Assembly (NCBI GenBank): GCA_016874755.1
Contig: VGTH01000009.1
Coordinates: forward strand, 4,933-68,932
Reading direction: 5' to 3'
DNA: 64,000 bases
Origin: Deltaproteobacteria bacterium
Lineage (GTDB): Bacteria; Desulfobacterota; Binatia; UBA9968
In this document: positions 30,513-40,774 of the stretch, piece by piece
Layout: each line of letters starts with the position of its first letter
Position numbering within the stretch: position 1 is the first letter of the stretch
Translations under genes and position numbers: made by a program
The notes under the pieces: model-generated
The model's input: only the letters and a program-made list of their open reading frames with translations
Database searches by the model: none
What the model was told of the DNA's origin: nothing

Positions 30513-30953
30513 ATGCCCCTGCAACATCCAAATATGACAGTTGCGCATCGGCAGTTGACCGCGAAGGAGCGCCAGTTACTGGAGAAACCCGTGCTCGTTC
30601 ATGTCGGCATCGTCTTGCCAGACGGCACTCCTCACGTTTCCGCGATGTGGGTCGACCTAGAAGGTGAGGATATCATTCTCAACACAGCAGAGGGACGGAC
30701 CAAGGCCAACGTGCTGCGCCTCGGCAGCCCGGTCGCGCTCAGCGTCGTTGATTCTGAAAACCCCTACCGCAATCTCGGCCTGCGCGGCCGCGTGGTCCAA
30801 GTCGTTAGCGAGGAGGAGGGCGCCGGCGCCGGGATCAACCGCCTCGCCAAGAAGTATCTCGGAGTGGAAGAATACCCCTATCGCGCTCCTGGAGAGCGCC
30901 GGGTACAGTTCCAGCTGCGCCCGACGGTCGTCAGCGGTTGGGGAAAAGACTAG
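30513..30953 (+). CDS. PPOX-class (pyridoxamine 5'-phosphate oxidase-like) probable F420-dependent enzyme
   Basis: 146 aa; LLEKPVLVHVGIVLPDGTPHVSAMW split-barrel signature. Confidence 0.6.
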   Translation: MPLQHPNMTVAHRQLTAKERQLLEKPVLVHVGIVLPDGTPHVSAMWVDLEGEDIILNTAEGRTKANVLRLGSPVALSVVDSENPYRNLGLRGRVVQVVSEEEGAGAGINRLAKKYLGVEEYPYRAPGERRVQFQLRPTVVSGWGKD

Positions 30954-31070
30954 CCGCACCGGTTGTGCGAGCAAGGTCCGCATAGAAAGATGATCTGGCT
31001 TGAGGTTTACCGCGTGAAGCACTCTCAGGCCAGTCATCCGTGGCCTTCGCAAAACCGCTGCATCCAAGAA

Positions 31071-32024
31071 CTACCCGCCGATCACCATCGTCGTGCCCAC
31101 GCTATTCGGCGTAAACGCGTCAGGAAATTCTCGCGCGATCAAATGGGTCGCTTTCCAACCGGTGCAGTGCTGCGGCACGATCACGGCGGGATTGAACTCG
31201 CGCAGCGCTTGCACGGTGGGCTGGACAATCGGCTCAAAGATCGGCCCGGTGAGATGAAACCCGCCGATGACCGCGTGAATCTGCTTAACGCCGGTCATCT
31301 CCCGCGCACACTTCAAAGTATTGACCACACCGGCGTGGCCGCAGCCGGTCAGCACGACCAGGCCTTGGTCTTTGACGTTGATGACAATCGCCTGATCGTC
31401 GTGAATCCACGGGTCGGGCTGCCATTTGCCGTCGATCAGCGCGACTTGATTGGGGCTGCCTTTTTCAAACGCCGTAGTGCGGGGGATCTGTCCCGTCACC
31501 AGCGCGTTGCCGCCGATTAACATCGTCGGGCCGCGTTCTTCGACGATTTGCACGTCTTCCGCTTCCAAATCTTTCTTGCTCGGTGGAATGTGTTCCGACT
31601 CATGGCCGTCGCCGTGGACGTTCTTGCGCTTTAAATAGGCGTCAGGATGGAGCACGATCGGCACTCTGGGCCGGCCATAGCGTTTGATGAAACCCAACAA
31701 ACCGCGCGTATGATCGGTGTGACCATGGCTCAGCACTACCGAGTGAAGCTCGTTGCCCTTGATGCCGAGCACGTCCATGTTGTGCAGCACGCCGTCCACG
31801 GTGACGCCGGTGTCGAAAAGAAAAGAATCCTTGTTGCCGCCCGAGTAGGTTGTTACGAGCATCGACACGCCATGCTCGGCGCGAAGTTGCGGCCCTTTGT
31901 GCGCGTCGCTGCCGCGTTTGTGCCGCTTGGCCACCGGTGTGTTGCCCATCAATACATCGATCGAGTTGTCCATCACGCTGAGAATTTCGACGCGATCGAC
32001 GGTCTTGAGCGGCACGGTTGCCAT
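31071..32024 (-). CDS. MBL-fold metallo-hydrolase
   Basis: HxHxDH motif (VLSHGHTDHTRG) and downstream His/Asp ligands. Confidence 0.75.
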   Translation of the reverse strand: MATVPLKTVDRVEILSVMDNSIDVLMGNTPVAKRHKRGSDAHKGPQLRAEHGVSMLVTTYSGGNKDSFLFDTGVTVDGVLHNMDVLGIKGNELHSVVLSHGHTDHTRGLLGFIKRYGRPRVPIVLHPDAYLKRKNVHGDGHESEHIPPSKKDLEAEDVQIVEERGPTMLIGGNALVTGQIPRTTAFEKGSPNQVALIDGKWQPDPWIHDDQAIVINVKDQGLVVLTGCGHAGVVNTLKCAREMTGVKQIHAVIGGFHLTGPIFEPIVQPTVQALREFNPAVIVPQHCTGWKATHLIAREFPDAFTPNSVGTTMVIGG

Positions 32025-32032
32025 AGCGCCTC

Positions 32033-32845
32033 CTACTTTACTTCGGTCTGGAATGGCTTCTTCAACATCCAGTTGACGATCTGCTCGACGGTTTGGTTTT
32101 CTTTACCGAGAAAGCCGTGCTGGCTGCGCGCATCGCAAGGGCCGGATTGCGGCGTGTCACCGCCAAAAACGGAGATCAACGGGTATTTTTCCGACAGCCG
32201 CGCCGCATCGCCGTAGGGGGTAAACTGGCACTGATCGCTGACGTGATGCGCAAACAAGAGTGGAACGCGAATCGTTGCGAAATCGAAACGACTGAGCCCG
32301 GGGCCGGGCTCTTTGGATCTCGGCGGCACGGCGCGAAATAGCGAGGCCGTCATTACGACGCCGGCGATCCGGGAGCCGAAGCGGGCTCCGAGCGCCGCTG
32401 CCGAGATTGTGCCGCGGCTCGTGCCGATCAAAAATAATGGCAGATTCGAAAAGCGCCGCTGCAAATCGTCGATCACAGCGCCGATGTCTGCGGCGTGCTC
32501 TTCGCCCAACCGGAACTCATCGCTCATGCCCCAACCGCTTTGCTGATCCGACGGCGCATCGATGATCGCCGCTCGGGCGCCATATTTGATAAATTCGCTG
32601 CGGCTGCGCACGAGAAAATTGCCGCTGTCAAATCTTGGCCTGCCGCCCTCGTCGCGCAGGCGAATCGCGCCGCCCGAGCCGGGAAAAAGCACGACCATCG
32701 CCTCGGTCCGTTTCGGCGCGCTGGTGAGAAAAAAAGACTGGGTCACATGGGGCCGGGTCGGCAGTGTAACAATCTCCTGCGCCACAGCGTTGCCGGCGCA
32801 ATGGCAGACCCAGCTCACAACAATAATTCGCAGGAAATAATTCAT
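32033..32845 (-). CDS. Secreted alpha/beta-hydrolase (dienelactone-hydrolase-like)
   Basis: Signal peptide, GTSRG nucleophile elbow, 270 aa. Confidence 0.6.
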   Translation of the reverse strand: MNYFLRIIVVSWVCHCAGNAVAQEIVTLPTRPHVTQSFFLTSAPKRTEAMVVLFPGSGGAIRLRDEGGRPRFDSGNFLVRSRSEFIKYGARAAIIDAPSDQQSGWGMSDEFRLGEEHAADIGAVIDDLQRRFSNLPLFLIGTSRGTISAAALGARFGSRIAGVVMTASLFRAVPPRSKEPGPGLSRFDFATIRVPLLFAHHVSDQCQFTPYGDAARLSEKYPLISVFGGDTPQSGPCDARSQHGFLGKENQTVEQIVNWMLKKPFQTEVK

Positions 32846-32993
32846 GGGTTCCTTTGTGCCCCCTCACTAGGCTACGCGAAAGTTCAGCAAACCGTCAAGC
32901 ATTATAACGGAAGAGATCCTAACTGAATTGACGGCGCCGCGCCCTCTGTAATAGCCTGCAGCGGAATCGCGGCCTCTGCAAAGGAGAACAGAT

Positions 32994-34022
32994 ATGACAA
33001 AAGTCCTTGCCGCGCTGCTTTGGATAGCGCTGCTCGCTGGAGTTGTGCACCCTCAGGCTCCCTACTATCAGGGCAAGACCATCCGCATCGTCACTGGCTA
33101 TCCCGCCGGCGACGTTAACGACCTCTGGCCGCGGCTGATCGCGCGCCATATGGGCAAATACATCCTCGGCAATCCCAGCTTCATCGTACAGAACATGCCG
33201 GGGGCCAGCTCGATGATCGCAGCCAACTATGTCTATGGCGTCGCCAAACCCGATGGTCTCACACTCGGCTGGATTGCGCCGACGCTTTACTTCGATCAAC
33301 TGGTCGCCCGCAGAGAGGTCAAGTATGACTGGGCCAAATACAGCTTCATCGGCACGCCCGCGCCGAGCGAGCACCATCTCTACATGCGCAGCGACAGCGC
33401 CTATAAAACCATCGAGGATGTGCGCAAAGCGAGCGAGCCGCCCAAGTGCGGCTCCGGCGGCGCAGCCGGAACTGGATTTTACTTTCCCAAACTGCTGGAA
33501 GAAACCGTCGGTGCCAAGTTCAATATCGTGCTTGGCTACCAAGGCGGCGGGCCCATCGACCTCGCCGTCGAGAAAGGAGAGATCCATTGCCGGGCCATGA
33601 CCATCGAATCGTTCATGGCGCGCGAACCGTTTCACACCTGGAGGAAAAACAAATTCGTTCATAGCGTGGCCCAGTCGTCGCGCAAGCGCGACCCCCGGCT
33701 GGCGGACACGCCGACAATTCACGAGTTGATGGATCAGTATAAAACCAGTGAGCAGTCGCGCCGCGTCGCGACAGTGATTCTAGCCGGAGGATTCTTCGGC
33801 AGGCCATTGGTTGGGCCCGCCGGCATGGCGCCGGAAATTACCAAACAGTTGCGCGTTGGCGTGGCGAGCGCGCTCAAAGACCCGGAGTTGAAGGTCGAAG
33901 CGGAAAAACGCAACTACGAGCTGGAACCGGTCGGCGGCGAAGAAATGCAGCGGTTGGCCAAGGAAGTCATGAGCCAACCGCCGGCGGTGTTGGAGCGGAT
34001 GAAGAAAGTGCTGGGCGAATGA
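32994..34022 (+). CDS. Orphan TctC/Bug-family periplasmic substrate-binding protein
   Basis: 342 aa, signal peptide, Bug-family core (TIRIVTGYPAGDVNDLWPRLIA...); no adjacent tctAB. Confidence 0.8.
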   Translation: MTKVLAALLWIALLAGVVHPQAPYYQGKTIRIVTGYPAGDVNDLWPRLIARHMGKYILGNPSFIVQNMPGASSMIAANYVYGVAKPDGLTLGWIAPTLYFDQLVARREVKYDWAKYSFIGTPAPSEHHLYMRSDSAYKTIEDVRKASEPPKCGSGGAAGTGFYFPKLLEETVGAKFNIVLGYQGGGPIDLAVEKGEIHCRAMTIESFMAREPFHTWRKNKFVHSVAQSSRKRDPRLADTPTIHELMDQYKTSEQSRRVATVILAGGFFGRPLVGPAGMAPEITKQLRVGVASALKDPELKVEAEKRNYELEPVGGEEMQRLAKEVMSQPPAVLERMKKVLGE

Positions 34023-34166
34023 GATCCATGTGTGAGGCATCTACATTTAAACGAGGCTTCAGCACGGAATCGAAGAATGCTTCGACAACTTGATGACCGG
34101 ATAACTTACCCAACGCTTTTCTCTTTCCGTTCGTCCTGAGCTTGTCGAAGGACTCCGAGGGATTTC

Positions 34167-35315
34167 TCACGGGTTCTTCTCCAGCAACCTCGGCCCGTAG
34201 AGTCGGATCGAGTTATCCCACAAGATTTTCCGCTTGCTCTCGTTCGAGATCGGCTGCGCCTCAAACCACGGTAAGACTTTCTCCGGATCCGGTGCGTCGG
34301 GGTGCGGATAATCGGTGTTCCACACTAGATTGTCATCGCCAAAAAACTTGACGATGTCATCGAGCCCCGGTTCATCCGGATCGGCGGAGATCACGCATTG
34401 GCGTTTGACGTATTCGCTCGGCTTCATCGGCAAACCTTGACCCAAGATGACGCGCCGGCCGTGCGAGTGGTCGTCCATGCGCGGCAGGAAGAAATTGAGC
34501 CAACCGGCGTTGGCTTCCAAAATTCCCAGTCGCAGCTTCGGATAGCGGTCTAGAATGCCGGTAAACACGTAGTGCGCCAACGTGATCATGTTATCCATCG
34601 GAAAGCCCATGATGTGATCGAGGGCCGCAAACGGTCCTTCCTGGCCGCCGTGCACGGCAAGAGGACGAAACGGCGCGGCGCGCCGGTGGCGTGACTCGCC
34701 GTGGACAGAAATCGGAAAATCCAAGTCGCTGGCCATCTGCCACAGGCCATCGTACTCGGGATCGTGCAGCCATTTGCCTTCGGGCAACAGAGGGTTGCGC
34801 ACCGAGACCGCGCCGAGCTTTTCCACAGCGCGGCGCGCCTCGGTAAGCATCATCGAGCTGTCGCTGGCAGGCAGCGTCGCGGTAAACTTCAAACGCGCCG
34901 GATCGGTGCTGCAATAGTCGCGGCACCAGTTGTGATAGGCGCGCGCCATCGCGGCACCGACGTCGGGCCTCTTCAGCGCCGTTTCCATGACGCGGTTGCC
35001 GTTGGTCGACAGAATCACCTGGATGTCCCAACCAAAGCGGTCCATGTCTTTCAGCCGAACCTCCGGCGACCACCAGTGATCATAGGCCACGCCGTACTTG
35101 TCTTTCATCCACTGATCGTGATGCGCGGGGATCGCGCCACCGGAATTGAGCGCGTCGTCCAACTTTTCGTCTTTGGCATAGACGTAAAAATTGCGCTGCA
35201 TACCAATGACTTTCGGCACGCGATCTTTGTAAGCCGGCTCCAGGTAGCGATCCCACATGTCACGCGGCTCGTGATGATGCGCGTCGGCGTCGATGACTTT
35301 GAATCCGTTCCACAT
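34167..35315 (-). CDS. Amidohydrolase-2 family (ACMSD-like metal-dependent hydrolase/decarboxylase)
   Basis: 382 aa; N-terminal VIDADAHHHEP metal-binding motif. Confidence 0.75.
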   Translation of the reverse strand: MWNGFKVIDADAHHHEPRDMWDRYLEPAYKDRVPKVIGMQRNFYVYAKDEKLDDALNSGGAIPAHHDQWMKDKYGVAYDHWWSPEVRLKDMDRFGWDIQVILSTNGNRVMETALKRPDVGAAMARAYHNWCRDYCSTDPARLKFTATLPASDSSMMLTEARRAVEKLGAVSVRNPLLPEGKWLHDPEYDGLWQMASDLDFPISVHGESRHRRAAPFRPLAVHGGQEGPFAALDHIMGFPMDNMITLAHYVFTGILDRYPKLRLGILEANAGWLNFFLPRMDDHSHGRRVILGQGLPMKPSEYVKRQCVISADPDEPGLDDIVKFFGDDNLVWNTDYPHPDAPDPEKVLPWFEAQPISNESKRKILWDNSIRLYGPRLLEKNP

Positions 35316-35390
35316 AGGCTCTCCCGTTCAAGGTTCGAAATTCGATCCCACTATTTGGAATCTGAAATCTGCAATCTGGAATTCAGGGCA

Positions 35391-35723
35391 CTAGCGCGGC
35401 ACTCGCCGCGCCAGTGCCCTGTCAATGCGTTTACCGATTCGTTCGGCCATTTGAAAAGTCTTGGCATCCTCGGAGCCTTTTGCCTCGGCAAACATCTCAG
35501 CCGTCTCTTTCTGCTTGCCCAGAAACGGCTTGGCGCGATGAAGAAACTCGTCGTTATACATCGCCCCCTGGGCAATCTTGAAACTGACGTTGGAAATGAT
35601 TTTCGTTGTCGCGTGGCTGCCACATTGTTCGCATCTCACGGCTCGCGCAGCACTATTCACACTTGGCCAATAAGCCTCGGTCAGGCTTTGGCATCTTCTG
35701 CAACGGTATTCGTACAACGGCAT
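35391..35723 (-). CDS. FmdB-family zinc-ribbon protein
   Basis: MPLYEYRCRRCQ...CEQCGS CxxC-CxxC zinc ribbon, 110 aa. Confidence 0.65.
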   Translation of the reverse strand: MPLYEYRCRRCQSLTEAYWPSVNSAARAVRCEQCGSHATTKIISNVSFKIAQGAMYNDEFLHRAKPFLGKQKETAEMFAEAKGSEDAKTFQMAERIGKRIDRALARRVPR

Positions 35724-36069
35724 AGGTGCTTTCGTCTTACAACGGGCTATTCACAAATTGCAACAACAGTGAGAACCGGCGACACACTTGAAGTGAAAAT
35801 CTTGGACTTGAAACCGCGTGCCCTACGGCGGCAACGGCAGTGGTATCGGAAATGATTCTCAGTTTCAGTTAGCACGAGGTCTTCCGCTTTGGGAATTGTG
35901 CCGGAATGCGAGAATCCCGCGATTTGTCATCCTGAGCGCCAGCGAAGGATCTGCTTTTGCGCGCAGTTGCATGAAGCAGATTCTTCGCCTTTGGCTCAGA
36001 ATGACGATTACGGCACAGTCTCCAAGGAGGAGGGGAGTCGGATGTTTTTATTGGGCTTGGAAACTGAGG

Positions 36070-37065
36070 TCAGTTCTTGCCAAAGATCTCTTGAAACTGC
36101 TTCACGTAGCGATCGAAGTTTTCGTAAACCTGCTCGGCGGTAAAAACCGCCGTGAACCCCTGCGCGAGTTTCGGCGGATCGGGTAAGACATCGATGCGAT
36201 CGGGCACGCGGCGCTGCGCTCGGATCGTCTCCTGACCGGTCTTCGACAAAACAAAATCGATGAACAGCTTGCCAGCGTTCGCGCGCGGCGCTTTCGCCGA
36301 CAGGCCCAGCGGATTCAAATTCGCGTAAACCGGATCGAGCGGCACCCAATCCACCGGCGCGCCGTCGCGCTTCAACGTTTCAAAGTTCTGCGAGTAAGCG
36401 GCCAATCCCGAGTTTACCTCTCCTGCGGCAATGAGCTGCGCCAACAAAGTTCGGCCGTTGCGGAGTTGCGGCTGCTGCTTAGCCAACTCACGCATGAAGA
36501 CCAAACCCTTCTCCTGCCCCATGGCTTGCAGCATGACGGCAAACCATTCGTAGGCGGTCTGCACGATGCCCACTTGGCCTTTCCACATTGGCTTGAGCAA
36601 GTCGCTGTGCAACTTGGGCACGTTGTCGCGGCTGACGTGCCGGCTATTGTAGCCGAGCACCGTGTAGTTCGTGTAAACCGAAGTCCACGTCCCCTGGGGA
36701 TCTTTGTGTCCGGTGCGAATAAACTTTCGCTCCGGCGAATCGTAGGCCGCCAACAGGCCGCGCTTTTTCAAATTGTGCGCATAAAAGCCGGTCGTGCTGA
36801 CGATGTCCCATTCAAACTTGCCGGCCCGCGCCTCGGCGAGAATGCGCTCCATCAACTGCGCATCGCCGGCGCGATAAAACTGCGCGTCGATTTTTGGATA
36901 AATTTCTTTGAAGCGATCGATAATGCGGCGCGCGTCGGTCGCGCCGAGTGAGGCGTACCAGGTGAGTTTGCCTTCCGCTTCGGCTTTTTCTCTCCACTCC
37001 GAAGCATGTACCGAAGCAACAAGGGCGATCACGGCAAATGCGATGGCAATACTTTTTACGATCAT
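36070..37065 (-). CDS. ABC transporter substrate-binding protein, Fe(3+)/extracellular-solute-binding family 1
   Basis: ~331 aa from MIVKS; signal peptide, FbpA/AfuA-like. Confidence 0.65.
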   Translation of the reverse strand: MIVKSIAIAFAVIALVASVHASEWREKAEAEGKLTWYASLGATDARRIIDRFKEIYPKIDAQFYRAGDAQLMERILAEARAGKFEWDIVSTTGFYAHNLKKRGLLAAYDSPERKFIRTGHKDPQGTWTSVYTNYTVLGYNSRHVSRDNVPKLHSDLLKPMWKGQVGIVQTAYEWFAVMLQAMGQEKGLVFMRELAKQQPQLRNGRTLLAQLIAAGEVNSGLAAYSQNFETLKRDGAPVDWVPLDPVYANLNPLGLSAKAPRANAGKLFIDFVLSKTGQETIRAQRRVPDRIDVLPDPPKLAQGFTAVFTAEQVYENFDRYVKQFQEIFGKN

Positions 37066-37103
37066 GATCGCGCAACGACCGCGGGCAGGTCTCAGACCCG
37101 CCC

Positions 37104-37892
37104 CTACGGTTTTATGAAGCCGTGCTTCCTGAGAAATTGGAGCATGTGAGCATCGAAGGTTGCGGGATCTTCCAAACAGCAAGCATGCCCGGCGCCGGGG
37201 ATCGTATGATGCACCGCCCCGGCGATGCGCGTGCTCATCTCTTTGCTGCGTTTGAGCGAGTTGTCGAACTCGCCGTTCATGATCAGCACCGGCATTTTAA
37301 GCTCGGGCAAGCGCGCGGTGAGATCGCGGTTCTGTAACGCATTGAAGATTTCGGCAATCGCTGGCGCGCTGAGCTCGGCGTCCATCTCAGTGTGCATGCC
37401 CAACAAATATTTGCCCAATATTGTCTGCGGAAAGTCTTTGCTCACCAGGTCGGTGAGATGCTGGATATGAAATTTCTCAACGCCCTGCTTCATGTAACCA
37501 TCGATGCGGCTGCCGTAGCGGTCGCCCGGCATGCTGCTGCAGCCAACTAGAATCAGCGCTTTGAAAATCTCCGGATGGTCCAGCCCCAACTGCAAGCCCA
37601 TGACACCGCCGACGCTGACGCCGGCAAAAACTGCTTCGCGCGCGCCTTCCTGTTTGCACACGGCGACCACGTCGTCGCACAGATCGTTCATCGTGATCGG
37701 CGTTGCCGGCTTGTCAGAATAGCCGTAGGCGCGCAGATCGATGTTGATCACTTTCACAAACGTCGAAAAGTGCGCCGCCTGGTACATGAACATGCGCCGG
37801 TCAAACGGGTTGGCATGCATCAAGACCAGCGGATAGCCTTCGCCCGAGACTTCGTAGTAGCTTTTGACGCCGTGGTTTGTGCTGTAGGGCAT
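37104..37892 (-). CDS. Alpha/beta-fold hydrolase
   Basis: ~262 aa from MPYSTNHG; GVSVGG nucleophile elbow, HANPFD oxyanion region. Confidence 0.7.
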   Translation of the reverse strand: MPYSTNHGVKSYYEVSGEGYPLVLMHANPFDRRMFMYQAAHFSTFVKVINIDLRAYGYSDKPATPITMNDLCDDVVAVCKQEGAREAVFAGVSVGGVMGLQLGLDHPEIFKALILVGCSSMPGDRYGSRIDGYMKQGVEKFHIQHLTDLVSKDFPQTILGKYLLGMHTEMDAELSAPAIAEIFNALQNRDLTARLPELKMPVLIMNGEFDNSLKRSKEMSTRIAGAVHHTIPGAGHACCLEDPATFDAHMLQFLRKHGFIKP

Positions 37893-37902
37893 GGCAGACT
37901 CG

Positions 37903-38472
37903 CTATTGTTTCTTGGGTGCCGCTTTATCCCCGGCTTTCTTGATATCGACAACCTTGATGTCAAAAAAGAGCGTCTTTCCAGCCATCGGATGGTTGAAGT
38001 CGACGATTACGGTCGAATCCTTGATCTCATGGACGCGCACCGGCATCGGCTGCCCTTGCGGCCCGCTGGCCATCAGCATGGTCCCAACTTTGAGTGCCTC
38101 GGGCGGTAATTTGTCTTTGGGAACTTCTTGAAATGCCGCCGGGTTCACGGGACCATAGCCATCCTCCGGCTTTACCTGCACCTTTTTTTCCTGGCCAACT
38201 TTCATGCCGAGGAGTTCTTTATCCAAACCAGGGATGATCTGGCCGCTGCCCTTGGTAAAAACCAATGGCGGCTTGCCTTTGCTGGTGTCCATCACTTGGC
38301 CTTTGTCGTCTGTCAACGTGTACTCCATCGAAACCACCGAACCATTCTGAACCGCGACTCCAGACTCAGCAGCCGGCGCGGCACGATGGTCGACAAAGAA
38401 CCAAAAGCCAACCACGATAAAGACGGCAAGCTTTAGCGTACTCACACAATTCACAAGACCTCCCAAGCGCAC
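37903..38472 (-). CDS. FKBP-type peptidyl-prolyl cis-trans isomerase (secreted)
   Basis: Signal/TM N-terminus, FKBP core VSMEYTLTDDKGQVMDTS...LVFTKGSGQIIPGLDKELLGMKVGQ. Confidence 0.8.
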   Translation of the reverse strand: MRLGGLVNCVSTLKLAVFIVVGFWFFVDHRAAPAAESGVAVQNGSVVSMEYTLTDDKGQVMDTSKGKPPLVFTKGSGQIIPGLDKELLGMKVGQEKKVQVKPEDGYGPVNPAAFQEVPKDKLPPEALKVGTMLMASGPQGQPMPVRVHEIKDSTVIVDFNHPMAGKTLFFDIKVVDIKKAGDKAAPKKQ

Positions 38473-38596
38473 AAAAGTTTGCTTGAGCCTTCACGCTACG
38501 CGCTGCCGTCGCGGATTACAACACAGACTTCGACGGCTTGATGGTCCGGCAAAGTCGCACTATAACACGATAATCAATCCCCCAAGGAGAACCATC

Positions 38597-40309
38597 ATGC
38601 ACGGCGGACAAGCGATGTTGAAAGCGATCGAGCGAAGCAGCGTCGAATACATTTTTTCCTCTCCGGGTTCCGAGTGGCCGCCCATGTGGGAAGCGCTCGC
38701 GGAAGCGGCGGCGCGCGGCGCGAAGAATCCGGGATACATCAACTGCCGCCACGAAGCGGTCGCTGTCGCCATGGCTGCCGGCTACACAAAAGTAACGAAT
38801 CGGCCGCAGGTCGTCATGCTGCACGCCACCGCTGGGCCGTTGAACGGCGCCATGACCATGCGCGCCGCGCTGCACGAACGCACGCCGATGGTCATTCTCA
38901 CCGGCGAGATTGCTGCCTATGGCGAGAACACCAGAGTCGCCGATCCCGGCGGCCAATGGCTGCATGATCTGACCGATCTCGGCGGCTCGCCCGATTTACT
39001 CCGTAGCTGCGTGAAGTGGGCGGACCGCATTTCGTCCGCTGAACTGCTCGGTCCCACGATCGAACGCGCAGTGCGCATCGCCGTCGAGCCGCCGGCGGGT
39101 CCGGTGCTGGTTGGGATTCCGTTCGAGTGCATGATGGAGCAAGTGAACGACATCGACCACGGAAAGCCGAACGAAGTCGTGCGCGCTGCGCGCGTCGACG
39201 ACGTATCGATCGATCGCGCGCTCAACATGATCGCGGCGGCGAAAAATCCGCTCGCGTTGACCGAACATGTCGGCGGCGACCCGGTCGCCGTGCAAAGGTT
39301 CGTCGAGTTTTGTGAGTTGTTCGGCATTCCAGTGATGGAGACTTATCGGCCGGCGTTCCTGAACTTTCCGCGCACCCATCCACTCTACCTGCACCATGAC
39401 CCCAAAGCGGTGGAGGCTGCGGACCTGATTCTCATGGTCGAATCGGTCACGCCGTGGTACCCGGCGAGCAAAACACCGAAGAACGCAAAAATCATCAGCA
39501 TCACAGAAGAATTTCCAGTCTCGCGTCTGCCCTACTGGGGCTACAACGTCGACCTCGCATTGGTCGCGCCGCCGGCTTCGACGTTCGATCAGCTGATCAA
39601 GAAGGGCAGCGCGTCAGAACAAGTCGCGGCCAATCGCAAAGAATACGCGCAGCGCGCAGCGCGGGCCAAAGAGCAGCATGAAAGCTATTTTGGCAAGCTG
39701 CATGATGAAGCCAAGAAACACGCGGCTGCCAGCCCGCTCGACCCGCGTTGGGCCATCCACGCGCTCGGCGAAGCGCTGCCGGCCGATTCCGTGATCTCCG
39801 AAGAGACCACCGTCTACCGCGGTTTGATTCAAGAAATGATCCCGCGCACTGACGCGCAATCTTATTTCGCTCGCATCACTGGCGGCCTTGGCGTCGGCTT
39901 GAGCTACGCGCTCGGCGTCAAACTCGCCATGCCCGAACGGCCGGTTTTCGCGCTGATCGGCGACGGCGCCTTTCACTACAACGCCGTGCCGTCCTGCTTG
40001 GGCGTCGCGGAAGAGTACGGCCTGCCGATCCACGCCGTCGTCTTCAACAACGGCCGCTATCTGTCGATGGAAACCAGCCTGATCAAATATTTCCCCACCG
40101 GCGCCGCGAAAAACACCGGCGTCCACTTCGGCGCCGAAATCGGCCCGCGGCCCGACTACCAGCACTACGCCAAAGCCCACGGCGGCGAGGGCGTGCGCGT
40201 GAGCGACCCGGGCGCCATCAAAGGCGCCATCGATTTAGCGATGCAGTGCGAAAAGGAAAAGAAACTGAGCGTGATCGATCTCGTGTTGAGCGATTTTAAT
40301 CCACGGTAG
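38597..40309 (+). CDS. Thiamine-pyrophosphate-dependent enzyme (acetolactate-synthase-like family)
   Basis: ~570 aa from MHGGQAM; three TPP-enzyme domains, C-terminal GDGAFHYN TPP-binding motif. Confidence 0.8.
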   Translation: MHGGQAMLKAIERSSVEYIFSSPGSEWPPMWEALAEAAARGAKNPGYINCRHEAVAVAMAAGYTKVTNRPQVVMLHATAGPLNGAMTMRAALHERTPMVILTGEIAAYGENTRVADPGGQWLHDLTDLGGSPDLLRSCVKWADRISSAELLGPTIERAVRIAVEPPAGPVLVGIPFECMMEQVNDIDHGKPNEVVRAARVDDVSIDRALNMIAAAKNPLALTEHVGGDPVAVQRFVEFCELFGIPVMETYRPAFLNFPRTHPLYLHHDPKAVEAADLILMVESVTPWYPASKTPKNAKIISITEEFPVSRLPYWGYNVDLALVAPPASTFDQLIKKGSASEQVAANRKEYAQRAARAKEQHESYFGKLHDEAKKHAAASPLDPRWAIHALGEALPADSVISEETTVYRGLIQEMIPRTDAQSYFARITGGLGVGLSYALGVKLAMPERPVFALIGDGAFHYNAVPSCLGVAEEYGLPIHAVVFNNGRYLSMETSLIKYFPTGAAKNTGVHFGAEIGPRPDYQHYAKAHGGEGVRVSDPGAIKGAIDLAMQCEKEKKLSVIDLVLSDFNPR

Positions 40310-40344
40310 TGGATTCAGATACATCACCACGGAGCACCTAGCCC

Positions 40345-40603
40345 GAATTATTCATGCGACCGGGAAAACCCGTGACACTGTGTCGATCGAAGTGGAACTC
40401 TGGAGGAGCGCAGGCATCAGCGCAAATCGTTCGGTTTGATTCGCCGATGCTGGGCATTTCTTCGACCTTTCCACTGCGATTCGCAGAGCAGGGCGACCGC
40501 CGGTCGCCCCTACAAGGCGGCGTCGAAGCGGATATCTGTTGCCTTCGCTCCGGAAGAGTTTCACTTCGATCGCGCCGCAGCGATGAATAATCCGGGCTAG
40601 GGC
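40345..40603. repeat. 258-bp structured intergenic repeat, copy A
   Basis: ~90% identical to 50682-50937; 27-nt inverted arms 40384-40410 / 40546-40572 and inner REP-like palindrome 40491-40510. Confidence 0.7.
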
Positions 40604-40774
40604 GGCACAGCCGCAACCGACCGGAACAATCTCTCGCAAAGACGCAAAGGTTCGGAGGGGAAATATTCACCACGAAGGGCACGAAGATCACGAAGGTAAA
40701 GGAAACATCAAAAACATCTGTAACATGCGCGCCCCCAGCAAGCTGTTGCCTGTTGCCTACCGACTGTTGCTTCT

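Noticed and set aside
40665-40702. His/Glu-rich HEGHE mini-peptide encoded by the CACGAAG repeats
   Set aside because: There is no start codon, no RBS and no consistent frame between copies. It is a nucleotide repeat.
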